This document shows, piece by piece, positions 39,782 to 51,231 of a stretch of DNA of 64,000 nt. A model generated the notes under the pieces. It did no database searches. It was not told where the DNA came from and saw only the letters and a list, made by a program, of their open reading frames with translations. The position numbers were made by a program, and so were the translations under genes. The number at the start of each line of letters is the position of its first letter. Within the stretch, counting starts at the first letter, position 1. The DNA is taken from contig NC_091999.1 of NCBI RefSeq assembly GCF_044704955.1, forward strand, positions 47,926,001-47,990,000. Direction: 5' to 3'. Origin of the DNA: Pristiophorus japonicus (lineage: Eukaryota).

Positions 39782-39985
39782 ACAAAAGCAAAATACTGCG
39801 GATGATAGAATCTGACATAAAAAATAAAATGCTGGAAATCTCAGAGGGCCAGGCAGCATCTGTGGAGAGAGAAACAGAGTTGACCTTTCAGGTAGATGAA
39901 CCTTCATCAGAACTGGCGATTGTTCCGAATGAAAAGATTCTTATGGAGCACTGAAAGGGGGAGGGGAAGAAAGAATAAAACAGAA
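39782..39985. mobile_element. Penelope-like terminal fragment
   Basis: aaagcaaaatactgcggatg...aatgctggaaatctcag...ggcagcatctgtggagagagaaacagagtt. Confidence 0.55.
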
Positions 39986-40353
39986 ACTAGGTAAATCATA
40001 TTGCGTCTGAAGAATTTTCAGCATCAGTCCTAAGCTGACCTTTCATAGTTTGAACTTGCGTCCTCAGGTTCTACTTCCGCGGTTTCATTTAAAATAATAA
40101 TCAGAGTTAACTTTTTTATGCACTTCGCGATCTTGATAACCTGTTGGAGTAATTGCAGTCTGGAATTCGGGTGATGGTTGGAACAGCGCTAGTGTCCAAT
40201 TATTTCATCATTCAGCTGCGAAACTAATCATTACAACGCCGTTACTGAGCAGTGAAACACGTTGCAGACGCCGCAGCATGAATTAACACTTTTGTCTGCA
40301 TCTGATGATAATTTCAAAGAAAGGAGGAAGGGATCATTGGGTGAAGAGATAGA

Positions 40354-40390
<37 letters not shown>

Positions 40391-40550
40391 TGAGTGAGAC
40401 TGTGTATTTAGCTATCTGCCGGTCTATCTAGTTAGTTATCTACCCAGCTATATATTATCGAGCGTTTCGTTTTATTGTTTGATTTCTATTGTAACATCCC
40501 AATGCCGGGTCTCAGAGCTGATTCAGTGAGAGGTAATTAAATTCCATTGC

Positions 40551-40589
40551 TTGTTTTGTACGGACTGACTGCGCCCGTGTAGCAGTGTG
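40551..40589 (-). other. 23-RSS of V pseudogene 2
   Basis: Heptamer CACACTG (40589-40583), exactly 23-nt spacer, nonamer ACAAAACAA (40559-40551). Confidence 0.9.
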
Positions 40590-41027
40590 GGGGTCAGCGC
40601 AGAGTGATGCACGGCAGATTCAGAGACAAGAGCCCCGGATATATTTAAAGGAACTGTTTACTAGTCTTGGTCCAAAGCAGCAGAAAACCGTCCTGGGAAA
40701 TCAGGAGAATGATCCCTATTCCCCTTGCCGTATCTGTTCAGTAAATATCTCGGAACTTCCCCGGGATACTGGACATACCAGAAGAGAATTGGGGCAGTGT
40801 ACGCTGCTGAGTAATTACCGTTCAGTTTTAAGGTCTGACCCTCCTGAATCATTACTTCAGACGGATGCTGGGACACTGAATCTTCGCCACTCCTTCCTGG
40901 AACAAAATACAGAATGTGTTAAAAGTCTGATAGTAAATATAACCCATGGAGCACAAACTGACCCTTTAAACATAGACTCACCGGGCAGCATGGCAATTAT
41001 TATCAGTAGTGAACATGGGGAACACAT
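40590..41027 (-). pseudogene. TCR alpha/delta-type V pseudogene 2 (leader 40982-41027, intron 40897-40981, V exon 40590-40896)
   Basis: Leader MCSPCSLLIIIAMLP G|gtgag; acceptor ccag|; DSVSQHPSEVMIQEGQTLKLNGNYS...LFWYVQYPGEVPRYLL...GRFSAALDQD**TVPLNISGALVSESAVHHSALT. Confidence 0.95.
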
Positions 41028-41932
41028 GGTGTCTAGTTTAGATTTCGATGTACAATAATTGAATGTTTTAAATATGTTGCCGTTTTTGGTCTGATAATAA
41101 AGAGCAAACCCAAATCAGCGGCAGTCATCATTTATTTCAAAACTGAGGTGCGTTTCTCAGGGCTTGGATTGGATGATCTCTCAAATCCAACGCCAGCTGT
41201 GGACGAATCACTGTCAGTTGAGGACCAATTACTGATGGCTCCCTCCAAACTCTTTCCTTCCCAGTCAGTGCCTGTGTGTCTTTCTATCTGTCTCACACTC
41301 CTGCACCGTGTCTCTGTCAATCGGACTGCGTTTCTGGCTTTGTATACCTTTCGGTCGACCTCAATGTCTCTATCAATAGATATATAGATCTCACCATAAT
41401 TAAGGTGAAAAAGTAAATAATTCCAAATTAATTTCAAGCCCTAGTATTAATGAATATCGTCCAATTCATCAGCATCATTAATAGTTACAGTCTTAAAGCC
41501 ACTTGGACACGATAATAGTAAAACCGGGATACGATACCAGTAAAGAGCTGATTTCAATCAGTCACTACTTGTGGTATTAGCATCCCAGAAGCTCTGAATT
41601 TTCCCGCCCCCGAGGCCGACTTAGAGATTAGATAACTTTTGAAAGACTCAAATGTCAGATCTGCATCACCCAGGACTTTTACTTTCACAGATTGAGCCTG
41701 TTAGAAATCAGAGAGATCTGCAGGGTTGTGTATTACTGGAGTGGAAATGTCTGAATTTGATGGTACAATAAAATGCTAGAGATATTTCACGTTTCCCAAC
41801 ACTGACAGCAATGACTTTAACTGAAGAATACCTCTCGGATCAGGTTGTACTTTCACATTTATTTCCTCAACAAACTCTGTAGGATTCAATCGCAGGCATT
41901 TTTCCAGAGCCCACATTTGCTGACCTGTGACC

Positions 41933-42133
41933 TGTTTATGCATGAGGCCCGAGGGATTCTTATTCACTGTGGGTCATCGCACATAGTAATACACGGCACT
42001 GTTTCTGATCTTAATGCCTTTCATGGATAAGTGAAAAGTTCTTTGTGTCCGGTTGAGATTCCTGCTGAAGTGTTCAAATGCCTTAACTATCGGCTCCGAT
42101 CAGATACTGGGGGGCTTGGTGGAGATACTGCAG
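41933..42133 (-). pseudogene. 3' half of TCR V pseudogene 3 with its 23-RSS
   Basis: LQYLHQAPQYLI...LNRTQRTFHLSMKGIKIRNSAVYYYVR*; heptamer CACAGTG (41971-41965), 23-nt spacer, nonamer GCATAAACA (41941-41933). Confidence 0.88.
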
Positions 42134-42425
42134 AGCGGCAGTTGGTGAGAGGGGAGCGACCTATCAAAAGCCCAGCGGGAGATCGAGAGCCAGCGGCAGT
42201 TGCTGAGAGGGGAGCGACTTATAAAAGGCCCAGCGGGAGGTCGAGAGCCAACAGCAGTTGGTGAGAGGGGAGCGACCAATAAAAGGCCCAGCGGGAGATC
42301 GAGAGCCAGCGGCAGTTGTTGAGAGGGGAGCGACCTATAAAGGCCCAGCGGGAGATCGAGAGCCAGCGGCAGTTGTTGAGAGGGGAGCGACCTATAAAGG
42401 CCCAGCGGGAGAGCGAGAGCCAGCG
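42134..42425 (+). repeat. 57-58-bp tandem monomers (5 copies) in the CR1 5' UTR
   Basis: gaggggagcgac at 42149, 42207, 42265, 42323 and 42380. Confidence 0.93.
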
Positions 42426-42609
42426 TACCGCTGCAGCTACAGCGGGAGAGAAAGCAAAATAGAAGTAGAAAGGAATCAAAAAGTGAAGTCACAGCCAATG
42501 GGGTAAGTGATTGGCTAGTGATTGGTGAGTAAATTTTCTTTTCTTTTTTATATCAGTAAGTGAACTTTAGCATTGTTATTACCAATTTAAGGGTATCTAA
42601 GGTTAAGAC

Positions 42610-43557
42610 ATGGCAGGAGAGCTCGGTCACGTGATATGCTCCTCCTGTACCATGTGGGAACTCGGGGACACTTCCGGTGTCTCTGGGCGCTACGTGTGTG
42701 GGAAGTGTATCCGCCTCGAGCTCTTGACGATCCGCGTTGTGGAATTGGAGCTGAGGGTGGATTCACTCTGGAGCATCCACGATGCTGAGAATGACGTGAG
42801 TATCACGTGTAGTGAGTTGGTCTTACCGCAGGAGAAGTGTCCACAGCCAGATAGGGAATGGAAGACCAGCAGGAAGAGCAGTGCAAGAAAGATAGTGCAG
42901 GGGTCCCCTGTGGTCATCCCCCTGCAAAACAGATACACTGCTTTGAGTACTGTTCGGGGGGATGACTCACCAGGGAAGGGCAGCAGCAGACAAGTTCATG
43001 ACACCGTAGCTGGCTCTGCTGCACAGGAAGGCAGGAAAATGATTGGGAGCGCGATAGTGATAGGGGATTCGATGGTGAGGGGAATAGATAGGCGTTTCTG
43101 CGGCCGCAACCGAGACTCCAGGATGGTATGTTGCCTCCCTGGTGCAAGGGTCAAGGATGTCTCGGAGCGGGTGCAGGACATTCTGAAGTGGGAGGGAGAA
43201 CAGCCAGTTGTCGCTGTGCACATTGGTACCAACGACATAGGTAAAAAAAGGGATGAGGTCCTACGAGAAGATTTTAAGGAGCTAGGAGCTAAATTAAAAA
43301 GTAGGACCTCAAAATTAGTAATCTCGGGATTTCTACCAGTGCCACGTGCTAGTCAGAGTAGGAATCGCAGGATAGAGCAGATGAATACATGGCTTGAGCA
43401 GTGGTGCAGCAGGGAGGGATTCAAATTCCTGGGGCATTGGAACCGGTTCTGGGGGAGGTGGGACCAGTACAAACCGGACGGTCTGCATCTGGGCAGGACC
43501 GGAACCAATGTCCAAGGGGGAGTGTTTGCTAGTGCTGTTGGGGAGGAGTTAAACTAA
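42610..43557 (+). CDS. CR1 ORF1p (CxxC...CxxC zinc finger, coiled coil, SGNH/GDSL esterase), 315 aa, open
   Basis: CSSC and CGKC; VIGDSMVR, HIGTND and DGLHL catalytic blocks. Confidence 0.9.
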   Translation: MAGELGHVICSSCTMWELGDTSGVSGRYVCGKCIRLELLTIRVVELELRVDSLWSIHDAENDVSITCSELVLPQEKCPQPDREWKTSRKSSARKIVQGSPVVIPLQNRYTALSTVRGDDSPGKGSSRQVHDTVAGSAAQEGRKMIGSAIVIGDSMVRGIDRRFCGRNRDSRMVCCLPGARVKDVSERVQDILKWEGEQPVVAVHIGTNDIGKKRDEVLREDFKELGAKLKSRTSKLVISGFLPVPRASQSRNRRIEQMNTWLEQWCSREGFKFLGHWNRFWGRWDQYKPDGLHLGRTGTNVQGGVFASAVGEELN

Positions 43558-46500
43558 TATTGCAGGGGGATGGGAACCTATGCAGGTACACAGAGGGAGA
43601 CAAAAATGAGGCAAAAGCAAAAGACAGAAAGGAGATGAGGAAAAGTGGAGGGCAGAGAAACCCAAGGCAAAGAACAAAAAGGGCAACTTTACAGCAAAAT
43701 TCTAAAAGGACAAAGGGTGTTAAAAAAGCAAGCCTGAAGGCTTTGTGTCTTAATGCAAGGAGTATCCGCAATAAGCTGGATGAATTAACTGTGCAAATAG
43801 ATGTTAACAAATATGATCTGATTGGGATTACGGAGACGTGGCTCCAGGATGATCAGGGCTGGGAACTCAACATCCAGGGGTATTCAACATTCAGGAAGGA
43901 TAGAATAAAAGGAAAAGGAGGTGGGGTAGCATTGCTGTTTAAAGAGGAGATTAATGCAATAGTTAGGAAAGACATTAGCTTAGATGATGTGGAATCTATA
44001 TGGGTAGAGCTGCAGAACACTAAAGGGCAATAAAAGTTAGTGGGAGTTGTGTACAGACCTCCAAACAGTAGTAGTGATGTTGGGGAGGGCATCAAACAGG
44101 AAATTACGAGTGCATGCTATGAAGGTGCTGCAGTTATAATAGGTGACTTTAATATGCACATAGATTTGGCTAACCAAACTGGAAGCAATACGGTGGAGGA
44201 GGATTTCCTGGAGCGCATAAGGGATGGTTTTCTAGACCAATATGTCGAGGAACCAACTAGCGGGGAGGCCATCTTAGACTGGGTGTTGTGTAATGAGAGA
44301 GGATTAATTAGCAATCTCATTGTGCGAGGCCCCTTGGGGAAGAGTGACCATAACATGGTGGAACTCTGCATTAGGATGGAGAATGAAACAGTTAATTCAG
44401 AGACCATGGTCCAGAACGTAAAAAGGGTAACTTTGAAGGTATGAGGCGTGCATTGGGTAAGATAGATTGGCTAATGATACTTCAGGGGTTGACTGTGGAT
44501 GTGCAATGGCAGACATTTAGAGACCGCATGGATGAATTACAACAATTATACATTCCTGTCTGGCGTAAAAATAAAAAAGGGAAGGTGGCTCAACCGTGGC
44601 TATTGGCCAGAAATAGCAACGAACCTGGGGACTGGGATAAATTTAGACCTCAGCAGAGGAGGACAAAGGGTTTGATTAGGGCAGGGAAAATGGAGTACGA
44701 GAAGAAGTTTGCAGGGAACATTAAGGCGGATTGCAAAAGTTTATATAGGTATGTAAAGAGAAAAAGTTTAGGAAAGACAAACGTAGGTCCCCTGCAGTCA
44801 GAATCAGGGGAAGTCATAACGGGGAACAAAGAAATGGCAGACCAATTGAACAAGTACTTTGATTCAGTATTCACAAAGGAGGACACAAACAACCTTCAGG
44901 ATAAAAAAGGGTCAGAGAGTCTAGTAAGGAGGAGGAACTGAGGGAAATCTTTATTAGTCGGGAAATTGTGTTGGGGAAATTGATGGGATTGAAGGCCAAT
45001 AAATCCCCAGGGCCTGATGGACTGCATCCCAGAGTACTTAAGGAGGTGGCCTTGGAAATAGCGGATGCATTGACAGTCATTTTCCAACATTCCATTGAAT
45101 CTGGATCAGTTCCTATCGAGTGGAGGGTAGCCAATGTAACCCCACTTTTTATAAAAGGAGGGAGAGAGAAAGCAGGGAATTATAGACCGGTCAGCCTGAC
45201 CTCAGTAGTGGGTAAAATGATGGAATCAATTATTAAGGATGTCATAGCAGCGCATTTGGAAAATGTTGACATGATAGGTCCAAGTCAGCATGGATTTGTC
45301 AAAGAGAGATCATGCTTGACAAATCTTCTGGAATTTTTTGAGGATGTTTCCAGTAAAGTGGACAAAGGAGTACCAGTTGATGTGGTATATTTGGACTTTC
45401 AGAAGGCTTTCGACAAGGTCCCACACAGGAGATTAATGTGCAAATTAAAGCACATGGGATTGGGGGTTGTGTGCTGACGTGGATTGAGAACTGGTTGTCA
45501 GACAGGAAGCAAAGAGTAGGAGTAAATGGGTACTTTTCGGAATGGCAGGCAGTGACTGGTGGGGTACCGCAGGGTTCTGTGCTGGGGCCCCAGCTGTTTA
45601 CATTGTACATTAATGATTTAGACGAGGGGATTAAATGTAGTATCTCCAAATTTGCGGATGACACTAAATTGGGTGGCAGTGTGAGCTGCGAGGAGGATGC
45701 TATTAGGCTGCCGAGTGACTTGGATAGGTTAGGTGAGTGCGCAAATGCGTGGCAGATGAAGTATAATGTGGATAAATGCGAGGTTATCTACTTTGGTGGT
45801 AAAAACAGAGAGACAGACTATTATCTGAATGGTGACAGATTAAGAAAAGGGAAGGTGCAACGAGACCTGGATGTGATTGAACATCAGTCATTGAAGGTTG
45901 GCATGCAGGTACAGCAGGCGGTTAAGAAAGCAAATGGCATGTTGGCCTTCATAGCGAGGGGCTTTGAGTACAGTGGTAGGGAGGTGTTGCTACAGTTTAC
46001 AGGGCCTTGGTGAGGCCACACCTGGAGTATTGTGTACAGTTTTGGTCTCCTAACTTGAGGAAGGACATTCTTGCTATTGAGGGAGTGCAGCGAAGACTCA
46101 CCAGACTGATTCCCGGGAAGGTGAGACTGACCTATCAAGAAAGACTTGATCAACTGGGCTTGTATTCACTGGAGTTCAGAAGAGTGAGAGGGGACCTCAT
46201 AGAAACGTTTAAAATTCTGACGGGTTTGGATAGGTTGGATGCAGGAAGAATGTTCCCAATGTTTGGGAATTCCAGAACCAGGGGTCACAGTCTAAGGATA
46301 AGGGTAAGCCATTTAGGACCGAGATGAGGAGAAACTTCTTCACCCAGAGTGTGGTGAACCTGTGGAATTCTCTACAATAGAAAGTAGTTGAGGCCTATTC
46401 GCTAAATATATTCAAAAGGGAGTTAGATGAAGTCCTTACTACTCGGGGGATCAAGGAGTATGGCGTGAAAGCAGAAAGGGGGTACTGAAGTTTCATGTTC

Positions 46501-46585
46501 AGCCATGAACCCATTGAATGGCGGTGCAGGCTAGAAGTGCTGAATGGCCTGCTCCTGCACCTATTTTCTATGTTTCTATGTTTCT

Positions 46586-46698
46586 ATACCAGAACAGGCC
46601 ATAGCTTGTAGCCAATACAGAGTAACTGCAATTTATTGCTGAATCTGCACCCAACTCTGACCCGACTCCTTGGGACACAGAGTCTCCGCTAGTCATCC
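46586..46698 (-). pseudogene. 5' half of TCR V pseudogene 3 (possible decayed leader near 46760-46808)
   Basis: Acceptor gtttattttcag|; GMTSGDSVSQGVGSELGADSAINCSYSVLATSYGLFWY, ending exactly at the CR1 tail. Confidence 0.88.
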
Positions 46699-47099
46699 CT
46701 GAAAATAAACAGCAGACACACAGCAGGTTAGACAGAGAAACAGATAGAGAAGAAGCACCCGTAGATGGAAACGAGAAGTTGTATGAGAATTGGAGAATCT
46801 TATAGAATGGTTCAAAATATCACAAACTCTGTTCAGGACAATAATCAGAGACAGGAAGAGTTTCACTTCAATTGTTCCAGTCTAAACTCCAGGAAAAAGA
46901 GACTGTCATCACTGCCTTTACCAGGCCTGAAGTGGAAAACTCAAATAGGACGGGGATCTTATCAGCTTGGCTGGGATTTCTTCTTCCCGCCCATTTTTAC
47001 CTCTCTAAACAGCCACCACTGTACATAGAGATCATGATCTTTGTAAAGTGATCAGAGAGCTCACTCCTGCCGATCATACAACTATGGCATAGTGCATTG

Positions 47100-47280
47100 G
47101 CAACACGGACAAATAGACATACATATACACATACACACATGCACAGACAGCCGTACTCACACACACACATAGACATCCATAGACATATAGACATGCACTC
47201 AGCCACACATACACAGACACACACACACACACACACGCACACACACACACACACGCACATACACACACACAGACACATTA
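47100..47280. repeat. (CA)n-rich microsatellite
   Basis: Visible directly. Confidence 0.92.
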
Positions 47281-47527
47281 ATGTGCATATGCGCAGAAGG
47301 GCGACGTAGTACAAATAGTTAGTCTGTTCATGGGCGCCCTTAAACTGCTTGCATGCCCTGTTTTATTGGAGAGATTGCTGCTGCAGATCCCTGTTTAGCA
47401 TTGTTTGGATCAGCAGGGCAGTGGGGCATGGTACTCTATTTCTGTTCCGACAGAGGGTTTCCAGGACCGCATAGCTTCAGACTCAGGGAATGTAATGTGG
47501 AACCATCTCGCACTGCTCCTCATCATT

Positions 47528-48953
47528 ATGTAAAATCCCTGTTTAAAAAAGGAGTCAGCCAAAAAGCAGAAAACTATAGACCAATTAGCCTAACATCTGT
47601 GGTTGGGAAAATGTTGGAGTCCATTATGAAAGAAGCAGTAACAGGACATTTGGAAAAGCAAAATTCGGTCAAGCAGAGTCACCATGGATTTATGAAGCAA
47701 AATCATTTTTGACAAATTTGCTGGAATTCTTTGAGGATCTAACGAACAGGGTGGATAAATGGGGAACAGAAGATGTGATGTATTTGGATTTCCGGAAGCC
47801 ATTTGACATAAAAGATTACAGAACAAGATAACAGTTCAAGGGGTTGGGGTAATATATTAGCATGGATAGAGGATTGGCTTACTAACAGAAAACAGAGAGT
47901 CGGGAAAAATTGTTCATTCTCTGGTTGGCAACCAGTGCGGCGCCGCATGCATCAGTGCTGGGACCTCAGATATGTACAATCTATATTAACAACTAGGAGG
48001 AAGGGGCTGAGAGTAAAGTATTCAATTTTGCTGATGATAAATAGATGAGAGGAAAAGCAATGTGTGAGGAGGGCACAAAAAACTGCGAAAGGACATAGAC
48101 AGGCTAAGTGAATGGGTAAGAATTTGGCAGATGGAGTATAATGCTGGGAAGTGGGAGGTCAAGCGCTTTTGCAGAACAAATCAACGAGCAAGTTCTTATG
48201 TAAATGGAGAAAGATTGCAAAGTGCCACAGTTCAGCGGGAAGAGAAGGTGATGGTGCATGAAAAACAAAACGATCGTATGCAGGTACACCAAGTGATCAG
48301 GAGGGCCCATGGAATCTTGGCCTTTATTGCAAAGGGGATGGAGTATAAAAGCCGGGATGTCTTGCTACAGCTGTACAGAATATTGGTGAGGCCACATATT
48401 GTGTGCAGTTTTGGTTTCCATATTTACGAAAAGATATACTTGCTTGTAGGCAGTTCAGAGAAGCTTCACTAAGTTGATTCCGGGGATGAGTGGGTGACTT
48501 CTGAGGAAACGTTGAGTAGATTGGGCCTCTACTCATTGGAATGCAGAAGTATGAGCGGTGATCATATCGAAACGTATAAGAGTATGAGGGGGCTTGGCAA
48601 CGTGGATGCAGAGAAGATGTTTCCACTGATGGGGTGGAGTAGAACTAGAGGGCATGATCTTAGAATAAGGGGCCGCGCATTTAAAACAGAGATGAGGAGT
48701 CATTTCTTCTCTCAGAGTGTTGAAAATCTGTGAAATTCGCTGCCGCAGGGAACTGTGGATACTGGGACATAAAATAAATTTAAGACATAAATAGTTACTT
48801 AAAGTTTTAAAGGGGATGATGGGTTATGGGGAGCAGGCAGGGAAGTGGAGTTGAGTTCATGATCAGATCAGCATTGATCTATTGCATGGCGGAGCAGGCT
48901 CGAGGGACTGCATGGCCTAATCCTGTACCCATTTCTTATGTTCTTATGTTCTT
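47528..48953 (+). mobile_element. 5'-truncated CR1, decayed
   Basis: NYRPISLTSVVGKMLESIMK and GDHIETYK; tail ttcttatgttcttatgttctta. Confidence 0.92.
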
Positions 48954-50039
48954 ATTATATCACTTCTTAATAAGTATTTCTTTCTCAGTGAAAATCCATT
49001 CTCCCCTTCACTGCTGTAACCCAGATGTTATTATTGGTTAAATGTGTAATGGTGGCGATGATGGTTATTTTGTTTGAGATGATGGTGACGATGAATATGA
49101 TGACTATTACTATTATTTAATGTTACCATGGAGACACCACGGCACAGTGGAACAGGCAGTTCGTGAAATGATGGTTGAAGAGGAAAGTATTAACACAAAC
49201 GCCTGCCACTTGAAAATAATTCCTTCGTGATTTATCTCTATGCAGCGAGAGTAAAACGGCGGATTAATATTAGTTTGTGATTTCAACTCGTAGTTATAAT
49301 AAAATTAACTTCAGAAATCATGTCTGTGGTGCCACAATTCACCCTTTGTCTTTCGATGCTACTTCCGTGCCTGTATGTACCTTCTCTTCCCCTGTCTCCA
49401 CTCTTTATCCATAATGCTACGAACTTCCTTCTCTCTGTCTTTAGTAAAACCTTTGCTGCTGCTCGGCATATTATTTCAGGACTGCTCTAACCCAGCTTCC
49501 CATAAGGAGGAACTGCATCAGGTCAGTGAATATCCCACACTTTCCCCCGAGATCTGAACAATTCACTGAAAAGCTGTAGATGGTGTCAGGTCACAATATA
49601 CATTTTGTGGATCAGATCCCGGGCATTGTGTTAAATTCTGCTTTATTCCAAAAGTTGTGCAAATTGTGGAATGAATTGAAGATTAATGTGTGAAATCCGC
49701 AAATGGGTTGGGTCGGTACATCGGGCACAATCATCAAAAAAAGACATCAGTCATATCGAACGATGGCTTTGGTTAGTAAACTGTGGACAGAACACGTGAC
49801 GAGAAGAGTGTGGCAGATCGAAAACACAACATTAAAATGTGAATCAATGACACACACTGAGATCTGATTTCTGATGCCATTAATTATACCAATGGTAGAG
49901 ATCGATATTAACGGGGCGAACAATAAATCGCATCCGCCTGTAATTTATTTGATTTCTGCGCCATATCCATTTCTAATATGAGTGAAAGTTGTAAGGACAT
50001 TTTTTCCGGCCATGCTGATGTTGATCTTTTATTAAAAAG

Positions 50040-50385
50040 AACCCGGCCTACACCTCGCCTTAGGGGTCTGAACCCGCCCTACACCTCATACTGGTGCTCT
50101 GCACCAGCTCCACACCTCACCCTTAGGGCACTGAAATCGCCCTACATCTCACCCTGGGGGTCTAAACACGCCATACATCTCACCCTGGGGCTATTGGTTC
50201 ACGTTACACCTACCCTAGCGCTCTGAACACGCCCAACACCTCAGTCTGGTGGTTTGATGCCGTCCAACGCCTCACTTCGGGGGCCGTGAATCTGCCCTGC
50301 ACCACACCCTGGCGATTTATAGCCGCCCAACATTCATCCTCTGCGTTTGAACCCAGCCTCCAATCACCCTGCCCTTTTGTACAAT
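50040..50385 (+). repeat. About 31-bp degenerate minisatellite (cctacacctcaccctgggggtctgaacacgc)
   Basis: About 10 units at roughly 31-bp spacing. Confidence 0.8.
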
Positions 50386-50780
50386 TTCTCCGCATTCTGC
50401 TCCCGTGAACATTAATTAGACGAACGGGAAATGGCTAAAAAGCGCCCCTCCCCCTATAAAACAAAGCCATCAACAATCCTGCAAATTTCAGTCACAATAA
50501 CCAGGTAAAGGTTTCATTCCCAGCACTGGTGTTTAAAACCAAACCATTCCCGTATAAGTACACTGAGTGTAGCCCAGCTCGGAGTGTTGCCGTACACAGG
50601 CTGCCAGCTCACCACCTACGGTCTCACAGCACAACCGAGAGCATCCTGAGACACGACACACGAATATTGAGAGTGGGTATTAGAATGTGTGTCTTTAAAT
50701 ATACAAACCCCTTTTACAAAGCAGCAGCGACAATGCGATGACTCAGCAGCGGGGTTGCGTGGGACATTTCTGAAAGATAA

Positions 50781-51231
50781 TTGTGGAGAAAACCTATTTA
50801 ATCTTTTCTATCATTTCTAATATGGGTTGAAACTGAATTGTAATCACAGCCCGGTCTGACCTTTTCCTGTTTGAACAAGTTGCCCAGATCTGAGTAAAGG
50901 AGACTCTGTCACTCACCAGCTGTCCTCAGGAGTTAAGGCACAGGGTGAAATGGTGATTTAAGCTGTATTATGAAACTGCATGGAGCTTGTATTATTTATT
51001 CTGCTACTGGTAACACCCAGACACACAGCCCACGTTTACACTGAGGCAATATTCGAACGGTGGTGAGAATAATGCAGATTTTGCTCAAACCCGTTTCTCT
51101 GCAGAGCTCCAGACCACGAATAAATTCATCAGCTTAAACATCTCCGGGCTGCACCCTACTGACGCTGGCGTGTATTACAGCGCCCTGAGACATGCAGAGA
51201 TGGAAAGCAACATCACCACCGTACAAAAACT
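50781..51231 (+). pseudogene. TCR delta-like V pseudogene 4 (leader remnant about 50781-50826, V exon 50888-51192, damaged 23-RSS 51193-51231)
   Basis: ccag|DLSKGDSVTHQLSSGVKAQGEMVI, frameshifts around the first Cys, then YETAWSLYYLFCYW*HPDTQPTFTL...ADFAQTRFSAELQTTNKFISLNISGLHPTDAGVYYSALR; heptamer TGCAGAG, 23-nt spacer, nonamer ACAAAAACT. Confidence 0.92.

Larger units (their letters stand above)
42134..46585 (+). mobile_element. Full-length CR1 (tandem-repeat 5' UTR, intact ORF1, disabled ORF2, tail)
   Basis: APE motifs GITETWL, GDFN and SDHN; RT FADD; stop at 44031 and several frameshifts; (ctatgttt)n tail. Confidence 0.97.

Noticed and set aside
49143-49181. Isolated CACAGTG
   Set aside because: No nonamer and no V, D or J coding context.
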